Part shown: positions 21,979 through 35,877 of the stretch, piece by piece | Position numbering within the stretch: position 1 is the first letter of the stretch | Layout of the letters: each line of letters opens with the position of its first letter | NCBI GenBank assembly: GCA_907165135.1 | Contig: OU015569.1 | Location: 8,990,001-9,054,000, forward strand | Reading direction: 5' to 3' | Length of the DNA stretch: 64,000 nt | From: Oikopleura dioica | Lineage: Eukaryota > Animalia > Chordata | The notes under the pieces: generated by a model | What the model was told of the DNA's origin: nothing | What the model saw: only the letters and a program-made list of their open reading frames with translations | Databases searched by the model: none | Program-made: the position numbers and the translations under genes

Positions 21979-24900
21979 ATGAAGTTGAAGCGCCTTCTTC
22001 TTTGTTTGGCAGTGGATGCTTCAGAGACATCAGATGAAATCCAAGGTATATTCTCCGGAGAGATTGAGAAAGTTTTACTCTTAGCATTCGTAGGACGAGG
22101 CTTTGGCATCGGTAATCATGATCATGTTCATACGACTCAACAAGTGCCTATTACTCACGCAACAGAAGCCTCTTCATATAATTATCAAACTTGCCTCCAA
22201 ATGGTAAATGGTAAATCTTTGTGGATCATATATTGGGTATAATATAGGGTGGTACTTGGTACAACGTGGCCGACAATCCCTATTGCTCGTTGCCAACAGT
22301 AGCGCCGACAGAAGCACCGACTGCAGCTCCGACTGCAGCACCCACTCATGGTTCTCTGTCGAATATGGAACAGGCAAAACTAGACTGCATTCAAGGGGTA
22401 GACTTTTCTTTTTTTATCGCCTTCTTATTCTTCTAGGGTCATTATTGGATAACTGATCCTCAAGGCGGTGGATTTCATTTTTGCTCGTGGACTGCGCCAG
22501 GAGCGACTCAGGCACCAACTGCAGCACCGACACTAGCCCAAACTCATATTTTTCACAGTGCAAGCTCGTTCAACAACCAAAATGACTGCGAGAATCATGT
22601 AATAGTACTTTCAGCATTATGAGTTTTAAACTTTTACAGGGGTTTTATTGGTATCAGTTTCCGACTTACGGATATTGCGATAATGAAAAAGTGGAAAGCG
22701 TTGCATTCGCTTTTCAAAATCCTCAACTTGACTGCATGGAGAAGAATGGACGCTGGATAGCCGCACTTCAGTCCTGTGAATTGGCTTGTAGTCAATGCGA
22801 AGGCGTCTGTGGGACTGATTTGGTCTGCGTTTGCGGAAAAGTATGTAGATCGTAGTAGATAATTATAATAATGAAAGAGCGTTAGCAAGAATTTTATTTC
22901 TAGGGTCAATATGGTCAAAATTGTGAGTTTTGCTCTAGCGGATACTTCAAAAGTGACGGCCACGGATGCATCGAAGATCCTAATAGCATAAGGGATTGCG
23001 AATCAAGTTACTGCAACAACCACGGTAAGCTTATCAATGAAAAATATCAATCTTCAACAGTTATTTAGGTCACTGCCAAGAAAACGGCGGCGTGAAGACT
23101 TGCACATGTTTTAACGGTTTCAAGGGCGATCAATGTCAAGATACGATCACAATCAATCCATGTGAAATCGTTAACCATTGCAACGGCGGCGGGGTTTGCA
23201 GTTTAAAATTCGTGAATGGAAAACAAGTTCCGTCCTGTAAATGCTACTCCGGATTTACTGGTACATTCTGCAAGAAGAAAGTGCAGGTTGATCCTTGCCA
23301 ACAACTCAACTATTGCAATAACGGCCATTGTATTATTGACCGTCATACGCTGGTCGCCTCTTGTTCTTGCAACGAGGTTAGGTCGATATAAAGCTATTGT
23401 CTTCTATGATTTCAATAGGGCTGGAGAGGTGATACGTGTCTCGTAAAGGCTACTGTATCTTGTGCTGACTTAGATTACTGCAATCACGGTGGTAACCAAG
23501 GTTCATGCTATCCTTCTCGAACTGGAGGTGACTCCATTTGTAAGTGCAATGGCAGATTCTACGGAAACAAATGCCAATACGAAAAACAAGATTCGCGCTG
23601 CGCAGATCAATCTTTTGCTCCAACGGGGGTGTCTGCAAGGAATCGGCAACAACAAAATACTGCGAGTGCCCCGATAGCTATGAAGGAGACTTCTGTCAAG
23701 TGAGTTTAAATTGTCTCACCTTTTCAAAAAGTCTCTCAGTATCCACCAGGAACACCAAAATGTGACTACACTGATTGCAATAATGGGGTTTGTTCACATG
23801 ACAATGACGGATATCCTGTTTGCACATGTCAAAATGGCTGGAAAGGTCCTTACTGTAATGTCGCAATACCGTGCACTAGAGATTGCCCGTTTGGAAGATG
23901 CGCACATGGTCAAAATTCTCAATATTGCGCGGACTGTCCAGAAAATTTCTTTGGCCGAGAGTGCAAATATGTAAGAAATTTCAGAAAGTATCTGAATCAA
24001 AATTAATTTTAGGATTGCAGTTCTTGCGCAGATGGTGAAATTTGTGAGAAAACCTTTGAAGGAGACAATGTCGTTTCTGCAAGATGCGTTGTCAAGCCTG
24101 TCTCAGTTTGCGAAGCATCTCAAAACATTTGCCTCAACGGGTGTTCATGCGTCGACAAAGTCAAAGACGGATATTTCTTCACGTGTCAAAATCAACTGGG
24201 CAAAAACTTTCTTGGAAAGCGATGTCAATGGGCAGAACCTGTTCTTGAATGCGCGAAGGATCTCATCAAGGTAAAATACGAATCTATCTCTGGCAAAAAC
24301 ATAATAAAATCATTAAGATAAAAATTACGAATGCTTTTCACGAGAAGTTCTCCTTCAGCTCTAAAACCTATTCAATTGGTTCCTATTCGAAGACCGTGGA
24401 CACCGGCAACACGGAAACACAACTCGTTATCAGACAATCTGAGAATCCCGATGTTTTTCGAACTCGCGTCGTCGACGGCTCTCTTGTCATGAGTAGCGAC
24501 GTTGTTCTTCGCTTAACACGAGACAATAATCCGTCATTTTCTTCACAAATGCGCGTCATGACTTTCGCCTGCAAGTACAGTATTGACAAGGAAACGTCCG
24601 AGGTATTCAATCCAACTCACTGGCCTTCTGAAACGCTCGTAGAGAATAACAAGGTTTGTGTAATTATTTTTTCACGATTCAAACCGCTTTTTAGAATTTT
24701 AATGTTGATCTCAAATTCTTCTCTGTGAGTGCAGCGTTCGAAGCCCATCGACGCGCCCGCGAAAGTGCCTTTGTTCTTCACGGTGAAGATGTCTATGTCT
24801 CCGCATCAATTCACGATTCAGTTGACAATCTTCCTTCCAGCGTTAAGCTTCTGTTCCAAAACGTAGGTCGAAATTGGAGACTGAATGTCCTAAAAAATTT

Positions 24901-25295
24901 AAGTGCGATCTTCGTCAAGGAAATACATTTATTCCCGTAATTTCGAATGGCTGCCCCGTTTACGACACTTCTGGGCAACGAAATTTCGCAGAAGTAACAT
25001 TCGCTACTCAGCAACCGACAAACGGAGTCGAATTCAAGATGACTGTTCTCGGCTTCCAGGCGAATTCTGACGCTCTCAAGCTAACATGCGAAGTCTCTTT
25101 CTGTGACGAGTCACAAGGATCTTGTAATACAAATGCTAACTGCAATGGAAGAAGAAAACGAGCTATTTCAAGGTAAAATGTTTTTATTTTTTACCAAGCT
25201 TATGCATTCATAGTCCCACGATTACACTCGAAGTGGCGCCAATTTTCATCCTCTCTCCTGGAGCATTCCAAAAAAGCGAAATTCACTTGAGTTAA
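21979..25295 (+). CDS. Secreted EGF-repeat / ZP-domain extracellular matrix protein
   Basis: Signal peptide MKLKRLLLCLAVDA, APT-rich linkers, about 10 EGF-like repeats (e.g. CKCYSGFTGTFC, CECPDSYEGDFC), a ZP-like module (FACKYS, CDL..ISNGCP, LTCEVSFC) and furin site RRKR followed by a hydrophobic patch; no TM anchor seen. Confidence 0.82.
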
Positions 25296-25516
25296 TTATT
25301 TTAAGTACTATTTAATTTAAACTTTCCTTTCTGATTATTTCTTTTCTGTTCATATTAAATTCTTCACTCGTTTTTGATTGTTGATTTATCAAAGCATGCA
25401 ATTTATGAAGCATAGAAATTTATTTGTTGAACTTTTTACAATGAAACATTTTCTGCTGGGCAGTGAAATCTTGAATATTAGCTAATTTTGTGATAAATAT
25501 GAAGGTCTTTCTTATC

Positions 25517-27603
25517 CTACGTAAATCGTCCTCCCCCTCCAGACAAGAATTTGTACTAAAAAGAGATCAGTTTTTACTGAAGAATGAATAGATAGGTGTA
25601 CCTTGAATTGCCAGGACTTCTTGTTGTTCTCCATATTTTCTGCCCAAGAGTTTGAACTTGTGTATTTTGGACACGGTTGGTATCTATCCCCGAAATAGTC
25701 GATCATATATCGTTGTGTAACCTAGTTTTTGTGTCAACAAAGATTCATGCTAAAATTTGTACCTTGGTCATCGTTGGGCCGTGCATGATAAAACGGCCGC
25801 ATTCTGCATCTTCATAAACGTCCTCCTTCAACCGAGGCTTCAGTTTTTGAGTGCCATCATTATTTAAATAATCATCTTGAATACACCGCTCCGCGATTTC
25901 CCCAGATTTCTCCCCAATAAGATCAGCAATCGCCTCAACTATTTTGTCGGTTAAATAATATGAAATATAATGGTATTGTTAAGATTTTTTTACCTTTTGC
26001 AAGACCAACTTCTTCAACCTTCTGCCAAAAAGTATTGTTGAAATAACGATAGAGGGCATAGTCCGGATAATTTATTTTTTCCAAAGTTCTGACAGCTTTT
26101 TTCGAGAGTTCTAGTCCAGAATGAGCCTTATTCCTTGGTTTGGCAGATTTTTCTTACTAAAAATTTGTTCGGCTCAAAGCTGGAGCTTATGACGTACTTG
26201 ACTTCTAGTATGATTCACATGGTATTTCACAAACCGTTTCCTGAGCATTTACTTTTAGATACGCCACGTCCTCTATTGACCAACAGAATTCCGTTACAAG
26301 AAGCGCTAAGCCTAAGTCGTAGTATTCCATAATAAGAATAAACTCGAAATCATCATCCAATTTTTTGAACCAAGCTTGAAGTACATCTTCTGGAATGACT
26401 TGATCATATGACATCCATTCCTTTCCGTTTTCATCCGTGTAACTTCCAAAGAAGACCAATTGGGGACGAAGAGTACCTATTCTGGCAAATGAGGACTCCG
26501 GAACTTTTCGTAAATATCTCCAAGCTCTTTTCTCGTCTTCCAAAAAATGCTCCATTTCTTTGTAAAGTAGATCAGTAGGAGCCTTCTTCGTCTGGTCTAA
26601 ACCGCGGAATCCGAATTGCTCCCAAAGCCTGCCCAGTAAATATTGGTAGTATCTGTAGCTCGAGACAAAGTTCGTCGTTGGGTCTCGGATGATTGAGAAG
26701 AATCTGGTATTCGGCTTCATGACGCTATCAATTAGTTCCTTGTTGTACTTTAAATGCTGCGTTGAGATTTGAAATTTCTCCTCAGGTACATTTTTTCCGA
26801 TCCAACAATCGCGATCAAATGAGATTGGCTTCTGCAAATTAGCCATCGCTCCATTCATCGATTCTCCGAGGAAAAAAGTCTTTGCTCGGTTTTTGAATGA
26901 GAAGAAACGAAATACTATCAAGAACTCATATCAAAACCGTAACAGATTGTTTTGTATTCCGAATCTTTGCATGATCGCCATCAGAGTTTGACTACCAGTT
27001 TTTGATGTTTTCAAAAGAAAACATTCTTCTCAGATTCGCATTGACGCGTTTCTAAGAATTCCGTTTCACTGGGTGATGCTACAAGTTCCATTGGCGCTTC
27101 GTACTCATCATTGTCTTCGACGGTCTCTTCTGTTGTGTCAGCGTTGAAGAAATCGATAACTAGAGGAATTAGATTCGAAATGTGGAGACAAACAGATACC
27201 TTGATGGATCTTTTCGTTGGAGAAATCAGAGATCCGCTGCGCAGCCGAGTTCGGAGAGTCTTCCGCCAACTGATTGAACTTCTGCAACTAATGAATTTTC
27301 AATTCTAATGAAATAAGTGATTCAAGTGATCTTCAAAATCGAATAAAATATGTAAAATCATGCAAAATAACTCTGTCAATTCGTAACTTACGCTTAATCG
27401 TAGATCGCTAATTGTCTGTTGGTCATGAAGATGGATGAATATCTTTCCAAGAGTTAAATCATATTTACCAACTACGTGTAAAAATATCAATCCTTCTTCG
27501 CTTGTAAGTAAACCGCAAGTGTAAATATTGCTTAAACTCTTGACTCAACGACAACAACCACAAGGAGAAGTCCAAACACGAGGCCTTTATTGAAGTTCTT
27601 CAT
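25517..27603 (-). CDS. Galactose-3-O-sulfotransferase (GAL3ST family), type II membrane protein
   Basis: N-terminal hydrophobic anchor (GLVFGLLLVVVVV), 5'-PSB motif FFLKTSKTGSQTL, 3'-PB motif SIIRDPTTNFVSSYRYY, and FILIMEYYDLGLALL..CWSIEDVAY. Confidence 0.88.
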
Positions 27604-28035
27604 ATCATTACAGACGCTTGTTTCTCTACTTGACAAAAGATTTCATCGTTTGCAATTCGGAAGAAAGTCGAAGATTAGAGTAATGAGTTATATCGGCGGT
27701 AGAAATAAAAAAGCCTCCTCAACGTTGCAAAAATGTCCCGGGGCCCATCCAAGCAGCAAATATAATAGTCATGAAAAAAGGACGCTGATATCGGAGTACG
27801 GGTGGGCTTATCTCTCAATGGCACACTAGCCAATTCTCCGACAACGTATAGATCAAATGTATCTAGTAATTCTTACTCAGGCATAAAAGTATCGCTTTAT
27901 ATATGGAGAAAGCGCAGTGTTCATTGAAACGCGACAATGGAAACCTGATCTATCTTTTATGACCGAGTAGAAAAATATTTCTCTCGGCCCATATTTATTA
28001 GAATGACGCTGATAAATAATCTACATAAACGGGAA

Positions 28036-29580
28036 TTAATTGCAGCCGTGTAAGTTTTCTATCTCAAAGAAGTTCAAGTCCAGCGGGTCGAAAGCCTCAT
28101 TGCAAACATTGCTCTTGCACTTGACAAATCGTAAATGTGGATCGTCTCCGATTCTTGTGCAGCGTATGCTCATCGGTTTTTTCTCTTGCCACTAAACGTA
28201 AATGCTCAAGACTTTATTATTTTTAGTAACTTGTCAAATCAGTTCTCATTTAGTACCTTTTTGCATTGTATTCGGAAAACAGTGCCTTCCAGAAAACCAC
28301 TTCGTTCCTTTGTCTCGATGTTGCTTGTGAGCGGATAGTGCTTCGTAAAGTCGAACAACAAAGATTTCATGTATCGCTTCTTTACTCTATATCTTCCTTG
28401 ACGCTTTCCGGGCGTTATTTCTCTGATAAGTATTTTCTTTTTAATTGCTTTCGTTCTTTTGTCGTGGAAAAAGTTCGGACAAAGATCGCTTTTCTAATTA
28501 AAAATAGAAATATATTTCTGCTTGCAAATACTTACGTAGACGCATGTTGGAAGTGCTCGATAAACCTCCATTTCTTCTTTTACAATCCACGATCCATCTG
28601 GCCGCAATATTTCAAAGGCATCTGTATAATTTTCGAAAACCGAAGTCTTCGTCATATCGAGCGCTAAATTAAAGAAGAAGCTCAAACATAAAATATTCGA
28701 GTGTCATTACCAATAGGTGTGGACCCGTATCTAGCAAGAGCTTCGTTTTCTTCTTTTGTTCGTGGACGGAATAAGAAAGATTCGACTTCATCTTCGTGCC
28801 TTTTGCACTTACCACTTATTTTATATTACACTTATTGAGCATGTTGTGATTAAGATTACCCGTCGCGCATGAAGACTTCTTCTGTAAATGAATATCTGCG
28901 GATGTGTCCAAGAATGGGGTCGATTTCCTTCGCTGGACCATTCAACTGGACAAATGGAGACCCATCGCCCAGAATATGGTCAAAAACGCTTATCACTTCG
29001 AAGCTACTCGCCAAAGTCTCTTGCCGTTTGAAAAATGATGAGATTTCTTCAATGGCTTCTTGGGCGAACGAAAAGTGGCTGTCTTTATTTTTGGTTGTTC
29101 AATTATTATTTAACTGTTAATACATGTCTTGAATATTTCAAGATTTAATGGATAAATTATTAATCAACCTTGGCTACACTCAAAAGAATATTTCTCGAGA
29201 CTTGCTTGAAAGCTCCAACACAATCATCAATCGACAAAGAAGGGTCGAAGTGAGCAACTATTTCTTTGTCGACTAAAGACCCTATAATTGACTTTTTTGA
29301 GCCTTTTTCCGGTTTTGGGTTTATCAAATGGAAACTCATTTTTACGTAAGGATTTATAAATCTGACGATATCGTCTAGCACCCAAAATCAAGAGATCTCA
29401 GATGATTGAGCAGGATCTTCCGTGCTGCGCTTTCCACGAGCGCATCCGTCAGCCGTCTTCCACAAGGCACGATTTGGTGGAATCTCAAGACAAATGTAGT
29501 TTGGTATCGTCTATCTGCCAGATTCAGGCACTTCCAAAATAAGGTAAAATCTGATGGCGTTATTTCTTGTAAAATTTTCA
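28036..29580 (-). CDS. Uncharacterised multi-exon protein (start uncertain)
   Basis: Successive minus-strand open segments separated by short GT-AG introns, ending ...DLNFFEIENLHGCN-TAA; no family recognised. Confidence 0.5.
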
Positions 29581-29643
29581 CTTTTGTTAAAGAAAAATTT
29601 CAAGAATATAGAATTCCAAGTGTAATCATTTATAAAAACGAGT

Positions 29644-32600
29644 TTATTGTAGAAAGTGATAACACTCCCCTGAATCTTGGTACCACTGAGATGGCTGAAA
29701 CAACAACGAGAATCCCCCGTCAGCACGGAAACGCTGCTTTTCGACATTTAATGTTCCACCAGGTCCCTCTGGAAAGTGATCAATGAACACATCTAAAATT
29801 ATTACAAATCAATAATTTATGATGCGGAGTGGCTCACCATAGCTGTCTGGGCAAGTGGAGGTGAAGTCCCAGCGTCTGGTGACATTAGACCGCGGGTTAG
29901 ACATTTTGTAGAAGCCGGAAACATTTTCGGATTGCGTCTTAGGAAATGATAATGATTGCTCGATTTATTTTGCCAAGATAGATCATTTTTTATCATTTGA
30001 CTACCAAGCCTGTGCCGTCATCGATTCTGTAACCATCACATGAGCGCAGAAGAAATATACAGCGAGTACGGCTTGGCCTTGATTTCCGTTTGCAAATTTT
30101 AACTCGATGCTGTGAGCATCAATCTGAGATGATGCTATTTGATGATCATCAATATTTATTCGCACAATATTTTCTGACGATGACTGGAAAATAGTCGTCA
30201 CATTTTCTGCTCCGCTAATGTGTTGTTGGCAAAATTTATTTTAGTTGAATTCTAATACATTTTACATAGTTATATCACTGTTTTCTTTGAGACAACATTT
30301 CCTTTGATAATAGCGCGTTAATGAAATTTCTCCTTCTCGAATCCAGCCATGCAATGACATGCGTTTGTCTTTGCATGTAGACCATGTCTGATGAGTCTTC
30401 GATTCAATACCGAAGCTTTCTTTCAAGACTTTCATCTCTCCGGGTTTAAGTGTAAATTCCTTTTTGTAATCACCACCAAATGACGTTAACTCTTGCTCCT
30501 CCACCGACAGATAGTCCCACTGTGTTGAGCTTCGCGCGAAGTCATCTTGGAGGTACTGAATTGTGAATTTTGTTGGATCGCCATCGACGCCGACTTATTA
30601 ACGGTCTAAATGATTATTTCCACAAAGAAGAGGGGTACGGAAAAGGATAAATTGACCGTTTCCTTTTCCAATCACTCCGGCTAGAAACGGCACTTTCTGT
30701 TCGTCGTCATCTAATACACAGTAAACAGGTCCACCCACATCACCTTCTGATGGACTAGCTTCGTTATCCTCACTTTTTTGGCAAATTTCTTTTTTTTAGA
30801 TTTCGATAAATAGCGTTAAACGATACAAAATTGAGTGAAATCCATTACTATGGCAGGATCAACAAAATATGCATTGTTATTCACTTGATTTTCGAGGACA
30901 TCTTCAGCAGTCGGGAAATCAGCTGTGGGACAAGAGTTTTCTTTCATCCTGAAGACGCCAGCACGTAAATAGAAAACAGAGTCCGCTGTATTTGAAGCTC
31001 CCCAACCAGCAATATAGCATTCAGGTTTCTTCTTGTCCAAGATATTTTCTTGAGAACGGCTTTTTATTTCCCAATTATACTTTTTTAACTTAAATTTTTA
31101 GAGTAACTTTTCGAAGCCTATCCTATACTCTGATTTTCTGGTAAAAGACAAGGAGTCCTAGTATTTGGATCATTTTCTGGCTGATCAATGTCCAAAATGG
31201 CGAGATTGTTGTTACCAAGATGCCCAATTGTTCGGAAATTCGGGTGAATTCGTATATTTTTGACCCTGAACGATTAAATTTGATTAATTTAATTCATTAT
31301 TTGATCAATTATCTACTGCATAGCAGGCCAAAAAATATGAAACCAGTGACTTCAAATCAGTCAAGATCACCTTTTTTTGAAAACGCTTATACTATAAGCC
31401 TTATAGTATTAGATATGATCAACAGTATCCGCCTGCGAAAAGAGAGAGCGGGAGTTTAGAAATTCCATAGAGTCGCGTATATAACAGCTTGCGAATGACG
31501 CAAAATCCTCGAAATAAAGTTGTGTATGGCAACAGTGTTAGTCAGAAGCTACGTTATTTTGATATATTGATCGAGTTTGAGATCTTGACATTTATTTTTA
31601 CGAATCTTTCCCAAGTGATTCGAGCCAGATGGATATCATGCTGCACATCCTGCTTACTTTATGGGGGAAAGTTGACTTCTATCCGGAGCTCCGAAGGCGG
31701 CTGTCCAGAGAGCAACTTCAGTTTCCGCCACGCAGGATGCAGCCGTTAATACTCTTGTTGGCGTCAGCAGAATTCCCCCACACTTGTGACTTCCTTGCGA
31801 GCGAACCGAAACAACCCATGGCCAGGTAGATGCCATAACAGGAAAAGAGTTGAGTGCACGGCGACTACGAGAACTCGTCACGAGAAAATCGTCACTGCAT
31901 GAAAGTTTCGGAAGGCGGTGTCTATACGATGCTAATGCGATATTCGTCTGGTAGTACTCCTAGACTGGCACGATCCGTAATTCTCATCCACCTGTAAGTA
32001 ACCATATGAGGTCGAAATATATTCAAAAGAGAACAGTGCATAGATGAGACTTCCTGTGTCTAGACTCGAGATTAAAGTGGCTGACGTTACTAAGACTTCC
32101 ACGTAACGCCGGAGTATAAACTTCCCGGAGATTATTATTTTAGCATTTCCTTGATGGCAACATTTCATCAAGGCATTGAAATGATAGTTGAGCGTCAGCT
32201 GGTTCTTCTTTCGTAATCATTATAACTGTGAAATTTCCCGTGGCGATCAACTCCTCATTTCCCATCGATAAAGCATTGACGGACTCGGAACCATAATTGG
32301 AGTGGACTGTTACGCCGTCTGCTCCAGAGATTCGAATTTTTACTTAAAAATCAGTCTCGAAAATTGACATCAGCGTTTGCAGTGCTTACCTTCGTCACAG
32401 TCAGCGTTTTCAAACTGGCGAAAATCCATTTTGAAGGCACCGGCAGATAGATGTGAAGTGTAGTTAGAGCTCGTAGAATAGGTGGAAAATTCTGGCTCAT
32501 CAATGTGGAGTATCGCACGACGTAGCCAAGACAGCTGGTTATCCAAATTATGGATGACTTTGCGGGTGTTGGTTTCAAGGTACCCTTGATGAAGTCCATA

Positions 32601-33910
32601 CAGTACGGGAAGTCCGCCATAAAGACAATAAACTGGGGCTCCTTTCAATATGTGTCCGAATCTTTTATGATCTGCAGTCGTGGGTAAAAATTGGCCAACA
32701 TGTTTTCTGAAACTTGATTGTGTGTTTTTTCCGATGTAGATGTCTAAAATGCTGCTCTGCTGAGGATTCGTCTGAGGTGGATTATCGATGGGAAACGGAG
32801 AAAAGGTTGTTACGTAGCAGTCTTTAAGTACTGTACTGACTAAGGGTTCTCCAGAGGTTGATCTTCGTTTTCGAACCATGAAATTACTAAGCCCGAAGAA
32901 GCCTATATCTATGCTGCCATAATCAGGAAATGATGTGGTTGTTGTGGTCGTTGTAGTGGTTGGTGGTGGACTTGTAAAATCATCCCCGACCCCAAAAGTT
33001 CCAATTTGAAAGGTGCCGATGTCACCACCAGGCAATCCATAACCATCGAGTCCATAGTCATAATAATCTGCGGAACCATCGATAGAGTCATCTTATCTGC
33101 AGTTTTTAGAGATGTTCAATGTAAGCTTGTTTAAAAGAGTTCAAACTTTTCCTGGAGACGTTGTCGGAGCTTGCGTTGATGATGGTCTCATTTGGTCAAG
33201 TGAATTCTTCACAGTTTGTGTCAATGAATCTTGAAAGCATGGAAAGAACGACTTTGGTAAAGCGTCTTCAAGGCTAATAAGGTCATCGATCTTTAGGAGA
33301 CAGAAATCACCCAGAAGGGGAAATGTTTCCGTCTCAAGTATAGTCACGTTTTGCAGCAGAATACGATCATTATAGACACTTCCAGATTTAAAGTTGCAGC
33401 CTTTGCTCAGAGTGATAGCATACTCCCAAGTGATAAAGCTCGCAACAGTCGCATCTCGTCCATTTTCGGGTTCTAAAAGAAGGATATGACGTCTTTTAGC
33501 CAAACTGTATGGAAAGTCAAAAATATAGCATCTTCTCTCACCATCCTTCACAATCCCAAAGTTAAGCTTGTGACCTACCTAGTACAAGGACAGGAATAGA
33601 CCGTTTTGACTCAACTGTACTTGGCTGCTCGCTAAAATTCAGCTCCCCCATCAGTGAATTCTTATTCGAGGCTTTTTACCGTCATTTTTAACTTTATTTG
33701 ACGAAAACTTTACAATAAATAAGCCATTACCCATGGACATGGTATATGCTTGATATACGGCTGTGCCATTTGTGCAACTTGTTCCAAAATAGGCGTAACT
33801 GTAATTTCGGGCTCTGTATCTTCTGCGGGATTATAGATACCATCGTTCTGCCCATGAGCAGTTTTTATCGCTATAAAAACTAGAATCCAGCGGAGAATAT
33901 ACTTTCTCAT
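29644..33910 (-). CDS. Secreted multi-domain trypsin-fold pseudo-protease (two degenerate S1 domains, CUB-like segments)
   Basis: Signal peptide MRKYILRWILVFIAIKTAHG; WPWVVSVRSQGSHKCGGILLTPTRVLTAASC, CYIAGWG and GDVGGPVYC; an earlier domain with DFCLLKI and GAPVYC..VLYG; Thr-rich linker and basic cleavage sites RKRR/RSRR. Confidence 0.72.
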
Positions 33911-34216
33911 GGCGATCTCTTGTCTCAACTGATTCAGGAAAAAGTAGATTTTTAAAATGCTCTTGTACTGAATATTTCGACTGTTGACAGATAGAGTTAA
34001 ACAAGCGCTCATCCGTAAAACCTTCGGAGAAACGCAATCAAATGGAAATCTGACGATGAATTGACACTTTCAAAGTACTGAACCGAGATATTTCCAAAAC
34101 AAAATCTGGCACTCACTTCATTTCACCTTTATTTCGCATCATTCATCAAGATTTTTTCGCAATTATTTGTAAATGACCTTTTTAAATGATAAAGAAATAA
34201 CATAATAAAAGTCACT

Positions 34217-35877
34217 TTATTTTTCAGCAGTAAAACGTTGCCCTCGGAGGCCTTCCCACAGAACTTTCAAAAAACGGTCAAGCCGTGCACCATCACTCTC
34301 CTTTTCGCAACCATCTACAAATGGATTAATTTCTTTAGCTGAAATCTTTTTACCTTTCCCTTTGTCGTGAAGAATCTTCAACAAATCCCACAGCTTTTGT
34401 GCGGCCTTCTCGGAAGTAAACACATCTTTTTCTTGGACGAGAGTGCATTCATTGTTGTTCTCATCCCTTTTCGCTGGTCGATCTTCCATGTCAAGAGATT
34501 TATTTTCAATCTCCGACATTTCACTCGCATCACCGATGTCCGCGAATTCCATTAAATCCTGGGTAAGCATGTCTATAACGCTTACGATCGAAGGATTCTC
34601 AACAGTCTCGACTACTGTGTCAGACAGAAACGAAAATCGCTCGTCATCGTCATGCGCTTGAAATAGTTTGAATATAATAGTATAAAATACCAACATATAT
34701 AATATTATTATTAGTGGAATTCAATATTATAATTATCAACATTTTCCATACCAGTATCTTTGTCTGATTTGATAAGTTGAAGTGGGCCATCATATGCCTC
34801 ATCCAACTGAGTCGAGAAGGAGGAAATTGTGCTCGGCGTTGGGACCCTTTCGATAACCTGATATATTTTTAGCTCAAAGATTAATATTCAACATCAAACC
34901 TTGTTCGAAATAAATTCCTTGCTGCGACCACCTTTTGTTTCGAAATTCTTATTTTCCTTGGGCGCATTTACGTACTCCTTATCTTCATCTTGGGAGATGG
35001 ATTCAAGAAAAGTCGACTGCGTTGAGCAGCTGATGTTTACTTTTATCCAACTTCCAGCTTTCTTCGTTGCTTCTTTGCTCAATGCCGCGGTAGAGAGGGA
35101 GGCCATCCATTCTTCTAAGCTCTTGTCAGAATACATGTCGAGCATGATGTCCAGCTTCTCTTCCATTTGCGTGGTCGGCAGCTCAAAAGCTTTCAAAATT
35201 GGCCAGGGCGAAGAAAATGCGTCCTCCTCGGAGATGCAGTCCCAGAAAGATTTGAACTCTTAGTAAAACTCTAGAATAAAATCTTCTCATAAAAAACTAC
35301 CTGCACATGGCGAGTACAAACATGCCAAGCCAATTGGAGTCTCCCCATGATCGTTGACGGCTTCAATAAGCAGCTTTGACTTGATTTTCTTTGGATAAGT
35401 TCGAAAAAATGAGTTTTGAATTTCGTTTTTAATGATATTGTTATAGATTCAGAACCGTTACTTTTTTTCTCTTCGGAGGACATCATCAAGGACGATATGC
35501 ACGCCAAGAAGAGGGAGGCCCTTCGTGAAGATGCCTTCTAGAAGCTTGCGCTCGTTTTGGGAGACGGACGGTGCCGGTACCAAATTGGTACCCGGTACCA
35601 AAATTGGTACCCGGTACCAAAAATTTGGTACCCGGTACCAAAGTCAAGCCTTTCATCTGACTCATCAAAAAACTAATGTCCGCTCCGCGGCTGAAGTGTG
35701 AGGAAACCTCATTTATTGACCGAATACACCTTTTTAAAACAATTTTGGCATGTTATCCTGAGATTTTTTTGGCACCGGGTACCAAAAATTTGGTACCGGG
35801 TACCAATTTTGGATTGGTACCGGCAACGTCCGTCCCCGCTCGTTTTCAGCCAAAAATCCTACAGCACTCATTTTCAT
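34217..35877 (-). CDS. Uncharacterised protein whose putative first exon is interrupted by a MITE
   Basis: In-phase exons at ~35304-35425, ~34900-35260 and 34217-34660; the putative first exon MKMSAVGFLAENE/RKLLEGIF is restored by removing the MITE plus one TSD. The exon 1-2 junction is not resolved. Confidence 0.5.
35559..35837. mobile_element. Mutator-like MITE with 9-bp TSD
   Basis: TIRs GGGAGACGGACGGTGCCGGTACC / GGTACCGGCAACGTCCGTCCCC with tandem GGTACC palindromic subrepeats; TSD GCTCGTTTT at 35550-35558 and 35838-35846. Confidence 0.88.

Noticed and set aside
35574-35825. CRISPR-like short palindromic repeats
   Set aside because: No unique spacers and a eukaryotic context; these are subterminal repeats of a MITE with a TSD.
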